Assembly: GCA_031458695.1 (NCBI GenBank)
Contig: JAVKJW010000002.1
Location: forward strand, 32,001-96,000
DNA from: Candidatus Thermofontivivens primus
GTDB lineage: Bacteria; Sysuimicrobiota; Sysuimicrobiia; Sysuimicrobiales; Thermofontiviventaceae
DNA length: 64,000 nt
Reading direction: 5' to 3'
Shown here: in pieces, positions 58,958-64,000 of the stretch
Position numbering within the stretch: the first letter of the stretch is position 1
Layout of the letters: every line of letters starts with the position of its first letter
Made by a program: the position numbers and the translations under genes
Notes under the pieces: generated by a model
What the model was told of the DNA's origin: nothing
The model's input: the letters and a program-made list of their open reading frames with translations, nothing else
Databases searched by the model: none

Positions 58958-59329
58958 ATGCGGCTGCCCCGGAACCGGCTTGAAGAGTGGCGCAGGCAAC
59001 TTGCCAAAGACTTCCATAAGCCGGTCTCCATGGTCAAGGTGGTCCGGCAGGGGGGGAGCGAGTATCTCCACCTGAAGGTTACTCCTGCGGAAATCGAGCG
59101 CTATCTGTCCACTCGTTATCCCACCCTCTCTCAGGCAACGCCTCCACTGAAGAGAGGACGTCACCATCTAAGGGTTGTTCCGGCCGAGACCCTCGATGTG
59201 GAGGAGGTCCCCCTGGAGTCGGAGAACGTGCCAGAAGAGGTGGGGGTTGAGACGGAAGAAGAGGAAGAGGTCGACCTCGGAGAAGAACCCGGGGGACCTC
59301 TCCGGTATCGCATGCGCCGGGCCGCGTGA
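58958..59329 (+). CDS. hypothetical protein with basic N-domain and acidic tail
   Basis: GGGAGG RBS 7 nt before ATG, fills the pheA-dcyD gap, and has a Glu-rich C-terminal region. No family recognised. Confidence 0.65.
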   Translation: MRLPRNRLEEWRRQLAKDFHKPVSMVKVVRQGGSEYLHLKVTPAEIERYLSTRYPTLSQATPPLKRGRHHLRVVPAETLDVEEVPLESENVPEEVGVETEEEEEVDLGEEPGGPLRYRMRRAA

Positions 59330-59467
59330 GCGCCCCGCAACAGAAGCATCCCCTTCCTTCGTTGGATGGGAGCCCTGGCAGAAGTCCAGACCTTTTCTGG
59401 TATATGAGGATAGTCCACGCCCCAATGCATTTGCGAAGAGCATGTGAGGGCATGTGTGGAGGTGTTC

Positions 59468-60469
59468 ATGCAGCTCGGTAGGTTCCCTCGTGTGAAACTT
59501 GCCTCCCTTCCTACTCCACTGGAAGAGATGCCGCGGCTCACCGAGATCCTTGGAGGTCCCCGGCTATTGATCAAGCGCGATGATCTCACCGGCTTGGCCA
59601 TGGGCGGGAACAAGGCCCGTAAGCTCGAGTTTCTCCTTGGGGAAGCCAGGTCCCGCGGGGCAGATGTTGTGGTGACGACGGGAGCCTTGCAATCGAACCA
59701 CGCCAGGATGACCGCGGCGGCCGCCCAGAAGCTTGGGTTAAGGGCCATCCTCGTGTTGAGTGGGGAAGAGCCAGCGGAATATCAAGGGAACCTCCTCCTA
59801 GACGCGTTGTTTGGCGCGGAGGTTCGGGTGATCCAGAGCGAGGAGGAGTACATTCTCCACGCCACCATGGAGGATGTGGCACGGGAACTTTCCCGGGAGG
59901 GACATCGTCCCTACCTGATTCCCCTCGGTGGATCCACGGGCCTCGGTGCGTGTGCGTATATCGAAGCAGCCCTGGAGCTTCTCCTCCAAGCCAATGCCAT
60001 GGGTGTGGCTGTGGACGCCATTGTGCACGCGACCAGCTCCGGAGGAACCCAAGCAGGCCTGTTCGTGGGTACGAAGTTGACCCAGGCACACATCAAGGTC
60101 GTGGGGATCAGCGCAGGGCCGCCGCGGGAGGTGGTGGAACGGAGAGTCGCCAGTATCGTGGAGGAAGTAGCCAGGCTCCTCCAGTTGGACCTAAGGGCTC
60201 ATCCTGACGATCTGATCGTTCTTGATGGGTACGTGGGCGATGGGTACGGGATTCCTACGCCCCAGTGCATCGACGCGATTCGTCTCCTCGCTCGCACCGA
60301 AGGGATCCTCCTGGACCCTGTCTATACAGGGAAGGCGATGGCAGGCCTCATCGATCTCATCCGGCAAGGTCATTTTGATCCTTCCCAAACTGTCGTGTTC
60401 TGGCACACTGGAGGGATCCCAGCGCTATTCGCCCATGCGAGGGCGTTGAGCGCCCCTAAAGAATTTTGA
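59468..60469 (+). CDS. D-cysteine desulfhydrase / ACC deaminase family PLP enzyme
   Basis: PTPL, KRDDLTG...GGNKARKLEF, QSNHAR, SSGGTQAG, LDPVYTGKA and HTGG. Confidence 0.9.
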   Translation: MQLGRFPRVKLASLPTPLEEMPRLTEILGGPRLLIKRDDLTGLAMGGNKARKLEFLLGEARSRGADVVVTTGALQSNHARMTAAAAQKLGLRAILVLSGEEPAEYQGNLLLDALFGAEVRVIQSEEEYILHATMEDVARELSREGHRPYLIPLGGSTGLGACAYIEAALELLLQANAMGVAVDAIVHATSSGGTQAGLFVGTKLTQAHIKVVGISAGPPREVVERRVASIVEEVARLLQLDLRAHPDDLIVLDGYVGDGYGIPTPQCIDAIRLLARTEGILLDPVYTGKAMAGLIDLIRQGHFDPSQTVVFWHTGGIPALFAHARALSAPKEF

Positions 60470-60533
60470 CAAGATTTTGCTGGGGCCTGGTCGTCGCTAC
60501 AGACATGTGGCGGGGTAGTGAGAGGGGTGAGGT

Positions 60534-61238
60534 ATGGTAATCTGCATCGGGATAACGTGGAAAGCGTGCACAGAGGACAATGCGCCGTTGCCCACGCCGT
60601 ACATCCGGGCCGTAGAGCAGGGAGGAGGTGTAGAGGTGGTGCTTCTCACACCAGCACCCGGGGTTCATCCAGAACGTGTTCTGGACGAGATTCATGGCCT
60701 TCTCCTCCCCGGAGGCGTGGACGTCCATCCCCGCCACTACGGTCAGGATCCGCACCCTCTCCTGGGCCAGGTGGATGAGGAGCGGGATGCGCTGGAGCTC
60801 TCCTTGATCCAGGAGGCCCTGCGGCGGGATCTCCCTATCCTGGCCATCTGCAGAGGGATCCAGGTCCTCAACGTGGCAGCCGGAGGGACGTTGTTCCAAG
60901 ACCTCTCCCTTGCCGGGGTGGACGCAGCCCGCCATAGGACCACAGAGCCCGAGTGGGGAATCGCTCACCAGCTCTCGATCCGCGAGGGGAGCCTGCTCCA
61001 AGCGATTGTGGGCGTGCGGGAGATGGGTGTCAATACGTTCCACCACCAGGCCGTGGATCGCGTGGCGCGCGGGTTCGTGGTGACTGCCCAAAGCGAGGAT
61101 GGCGTAGTGGAGGCAATCGAGAGCACGAAGCACCGGTTCGTTTTGGGTGTCCAGTGGCATCCTGAGAGGATGGTGGACCATCATCCCCTCCAGCGCAAGC
61201 TCTTCGAGGCTTTCCTTTCCGCTGCCCGCGCATCCTGA
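60534..61238 (+). CDS. gamma-glutamyl-gamma-aminobutyrate hydrolase family (peptidase C26)
   Basis: LLLPGGVDV.P..YG, AICRGIQVLNV..GG.L.QD, VNTFHHQAV and VQWHPE. Confidence 0.9.
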   Translation: MVICIGITWKACTEDNAPLPTPYIRAVEQGGGVEVVLLTPAPGVHPERVLDEIHGLLLPGGVDVHPRHYGQDPHPLLGQVDEERDALELSLIQEALRRDLPILAICRGIQVLNVAAGGTLFQDLSLAGVDAARHRTTEPEWGIAHQLSIREGSLLQAIVGVREMGVNTFHHQAVDRVARGFVVTAQSEDGVVEAIESTKHRFVLGVQWHPERMVDHHPLQRKLFEAFLSAARAS

Positions 61239-61336
61239 GCAAAGTCCTTCCGCAAAGATCGAAAGGGCTTTGGCGAGGGCTCTTTTTGGAAAACCAGGTA
61301 ACCTTGACCTCCTCTGGAGTATGCTATAATCGCATC

Positions 61337-62569
61337 GTGCAGACAGGAACCATCTCGCAATCCATGGATCAGCAGCCCGAGAGGAAGGCCAACCCTCGCA
61401 TCCTTGCCCTCTTGAGCCTCGGGCACCTGATCACGGACATCAACCAGGGGGCCCTTCCTGTTCTTCTGCCCTCCCTGCGTTCGGCCTTCCACCTCTCCTA
61501 CACCATGGTAGGTGTCATTGTCACAGTCTCCACGCTGAGTTCTTCGGTGATCCAACCGCTCTTTGGCTTTTGGAGCGACAAGCTGAGGACCCCGTGGTTA
61601 TTGCCTCTGGGCGTCTTTACCGCCGGCGCGGGGATGGCTCTCGCAGGGATCAGTCCGAGTTATCCCCTTCTGCTCCTGGCAGTCCTTCTCAGTGGGCTGG
61701 GAGTAGCAAGCTACCACCCTGAGGCCTCTAAAGCCGCCTTTTTCCACAGCGGGCGACGGCGGGTTGCGTCCATGTCCATCTTCTCCGTAGGCGGGAACCT
61801 GGGATTTGGGATCGGTCCTCTGGTGATGAGTTTTCTCCTCACAGTGCACGGTCTTCGAGGTACCCTATGGCTCCTCGTTCCTGGTGCGCTCATGGCAGCC
61901 TTCCTGTGGAGAGTTCTTCCTCAGATATATGCGCAAGCGTGGGATCCTCCGGAGACCCCGCAAAGGGAGAGATCCCCCACAAGTGGTACCTTGAGGGAGC
62001 TGATGCGGGGGCCCATCCTCCTACTCCTCACCGTGGTCATCCTGCGCTCGTGGGCGCATATGGGCTTTGTCAGTTTTCTCCCGCTCTATTCCGTGAGCTA
62101 CCTCCACGTTTCCACCGCCTATGCGGGAAGCCTGCTCGCCCTTTTCCTCGTCTCGGGGGCCGTGGGGACGCTGATAGGAAGCCCGCTTGCGGACTGGCTG
62201 GGGAGGAAGGTTGTCTTCGTGGGTTCCATGCTCCTCCTGACCCCTCTGTTGAGCCTTTTCCCCTACTCCAGGGGTTTTTGGACGCTCCTGCTCATTGCCT
62301 CCGCTGGGTTTGTCGTTGTTTCCACATTCGCGACGACCATCGTATGGGGTCAGGAGCTCCTCCCTCAATACCCCGGTGTCGCCTCGGGCCTGATCATCGG
62401 TTTTGCCATTGGAATGGGAGGGTTGGGGGCGACGATCTTGGGTCGGATTGCCGACCTGATCGGGCTTTTTCACACGCTCCGGGTGATCGGCTTACTCCCC
62501 CTGGTGGCTATGGTGGTCGCCTTGTTCCTTCCGGAACCTCAACATCTCACCATCGTCAGGCGCTCCTGA
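61337..62569 (+). CDS. MFS transporter (fosmidomycin-resistance Fsr-like)
   Basis: GHLITD.NQG, QPLFG.WSD, YHPEAS and SIFSVGGNLG, with about 12 TM segments. Start taken as GTG 61337 (alternative ATG 61364). Confidence 0.88.
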   Translation: MQTGTISQSMDQQPERKANPRILALLSLGHLITDINQGALPVLLPSLRSAFHLSYTMVGVIVTVSTLSSSVIQPLFGFWSDKLRTPWLLPLGVFTAGAGMALAGISPSYPLLLLAVLLSGLGVASYHPEASKAAFFHSGRRRVASMSIFSVGGNLGFGIGPLVMSFLLTVHGLRGTLWLLVPGALMAAFLWRVLPQIYAQAWDPPETPQRERSPTSGTLRELMRGPILLLLTVVILRSWAHMGFVSFLPLYSVSYLHVSTAYAGSLLALFLVSGAVGTLIGSPLADWLGRKVVFVGSMLLLTPLLSLFPYSRGFWTLLLIASAGFVVVSTFATTIVWGQELLPQYPGVASGLIIGFAIGMGGLGATILGRIADLIGLFHTLRVIGLLPLVAMVVALFLPEPQHLTIVRRS

Positions 62570-62671
62570 GGTCCCAAGAGCACATCCTCGCGAAAGGCCT
62601 CTGACACCAGTGGGAGTTTTGCCGCACCCTCATCATCCTCACAGGCAGGAGGGGCCCCTCTTTCTTTATAA

Positions 62672-62707
62672 CCCCCTCTCCTATTGGGAGAGGGCACGGG
62701 GTGAGGG
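62672..62707. repeat. BoxC-like palindromic element
   Basis: CCCCCTCTCCtattGGGAGAGGGcacGGGGTGAGGG resembles the widespread CCCTCTCC-n-GGAGAGGG-n-GGGGTGAGGG repeat. Only one copy in this window. Confidence 0.55.
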
Positions 62708-62783
62708 AGTGTGCTCTGTTACAGTCTTGTGACATACCTCCCTTATACTGGGCCAAACACATGGCTTTCTAGGGAGGTGGGGG

Positions 62784-63272
62784 ATGAGGAGAACGATTGG
62801 CGTTACGGCCCTACTGCTCGTCTTGGTCTTTGGTGTGCGCTTTGCTGATGCACAACGTGGCGCGTTCGTCGCCCGTCTGTCCGGTCAAGAAGCGGTTCCC
62901 CCTACGAACTCGGCGGCTACAGGGCTTGCGGTCTTCCAGCCTAGTTCAGATGGGACAAGGCTTTTCTACCGCCTCGAGGTGCGGAATCTCGAGAACACGC
63001 TCATGGCGCATATCCACCTTGGGCGGCCAGGCCAGAGCGGGCCAGTCGTTGTGTGGTTGTATCCCTACGCGCCTCCACCCCGGTTGATCTCCGGCGTGTA
63101 CAGTGGAGTGCTCGCGACAGGTACAATCACTGCCGCAAATCTCGCCGGGCCCATGCAGGGCAAACCGCTTAGCGAATTGCTCACTGAGATCCAAAATGGG
63201 AATGCCTATGTAAACGTGCACACCAGTCGGTTTCCGGCTGGAGAAATCAGGGGGCAAATCCAAAGAATCTAA
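62784..63272 (+). CDS. secreted CHRD-domain protein
   Basis: Signal peptide; LSG...VPP..S.ATG.A, AHIH.G..G..GPVV and AYVNVHT..FP.GEIRGQI. Confidence 0.92.
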   Translation: MRRTIGVTALLLVLVFGVRFADAQRGAFVARLSGQEAVPPTNSAATGLAVFQPSSDGTRLFYRLEVRNLENTLMAHIHLGRPGQSGPVVVWLYPYAPPPRLISGVYSGVLATGTITAANLAGPMQGKPLSELLTEIQNGNAYVNVHTSRFPAGEIRGQIQRI

Positions 63273-63510
63273 GGAACCCCGTTCTCTCAAGAGGGCTTCC
63301 GACAAAGGGCAAAAGACATTTTCCGGGGTACTTAGCCGGATCTCGGTCTAAGCGCAATCCGCACTCTTTTGCAACTCGCAAGGCGAACGCTTCCTGGGAC
63401 CGAGACCTCGTGGTACAATAAAGACACTCCACCGGATGGGTGCTTCCTTTCCGGCGAGAGTTCGAAAGGAGCACCCATCCTGATTTTCTGGGTTCAGTCG
63501 AACCTGTACG

Positions 63511-63921
63511 ATGGCTGGCTCCTTCTTGCTGAAAGATGATCGAAAGTGCTTCGTGTGTGGGCCTGAGAACCCAAAGGGGCTTCAGGTTCACTTTCGCTTA
63601 GAGGACGGGCGGGCGATGGCGGAGTTCACGCCGACCGAAGTTCACCAGGGATGGGCGGGCATCGTCCACGGGGGCGTCATTGGGCTCCTCCTCGACGAGG
63701 CGGTCGCCTACGCTGCCTACTTCCACGGGTTCAAAGCCCTCACCGCCAGGGTGGAGACACGCTTCCGAAAGGTGGTCGAGGTCGGCCAGAAGCTCCGCTT
63801 CACCGGCGAGGTCATCGAGGAGAAGCGGCGCCTCCTGCGGATAAGGGCCACTGCACACCTCGAGGACGGGACCCTCGCCGCAGAAGCCGATGCGACCATG
63901 TACGTAGTCCGCGACCGCTAG
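63511..63921 (+). CDS. PaaI-family (hotdog fold) thioesterase
   Basis: CFVCGPENPKGL and HQGWAGIVHGG....LLDE. Confidence 0.88.
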   Translation: MAGSFLLKDDRKCFVCGPENPKGLQVHFRLEDGRAMAEFTPTEVHQGWAGIVHGGVIGLLLDEAVAYAAYFHGFKALTARVETRFRKVVEVGQKLRFTGEVIEEKRRLLRIRATAHLEDGTLAAEADATMYVVRDR

Positions 63922-63937
63922 GAAGGCGCCGCCAGGC

Positions 63938-64000
63938 CTAGCGCGCCTCGGTTTCCTTCAGCGCATCCTCATTGAGTTCCAGACCCAAGCCTGGGCGCTC
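63938..64000 (-). CDS. 3' end of a probable mandelate racemase/muconate lactonizing (enolase superfamily) enzyme, partial
   Basis: The minus strand reads ERPGLGLELNEDALKETEAR*, the typical C-terminal P.PGLG.E.N motif. Only 20 codons are visible. Confidence 0.6.
   Translation of the reverse strand, partial: ERPGLGLELNEDALKETEAR

Noticed and set aside
63273..63410. c-di-GMP-I riboswitch (GGGCAAAA...GGTCTAAG)
   Set aside because: There is no GNRA-capped P2 or GCAAAG junction in the right order; the resemblance is superficial.

Overview
A GC-rich, gene-dense bacterial chromosome segment made up mostly of housekeeping and metabolic genes. I found no rRNA, tRNA, CRISPR array, transposase, integrase or phage gene. 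Left to right: the end of a trp operon (trpC partial, trpF, trpB, trpA); small hydrolases; a GH94 phosphorylase; a NUDIX/OGG pair; a selenocysteine-containing selD (in-frame UGA plus a SECIS-like hairpin, mis-truncated in the ORF track) divergent from a LysR gene and archease; a HybA/HybB(NrfD)-like electron-transfer pair with no catalytic subunit, next to a two-component system whose sensor carries CxxCH; glgC and menG; a TetR-PaaK-Liv-type ABC cluster; a GH31 glycosidase; an arsR-orf-arsM arsenic methylation unit; an SDR + QueA-paralog pair; lutBC, tagA-like, yitJ, apt; rplM-rpsI with a long structured spacer; a split chromate transporter; an ArcE-like-argF-cdaA-cdaR-glmM-[glmS ribozyme]-glmS cluster; an HTH-TPR regulator; nnr, alr, pheA and several small-molecule enzymes. 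The most unusual feature is the glmS ribozyme: its core is fully recognisable, but it carries large peripheral insertions, a long-range stem reaching the cleavage site, and a downstream anti-SD stem. Next are the probable arginine-synthetase pathway genes joined to the c-di-AMP/glmM locus and the catalytic-subunit-less HybAB module with a putative heme sensor. All calls come from motif recognition and hand base-pairing. No database search or folding program was run.
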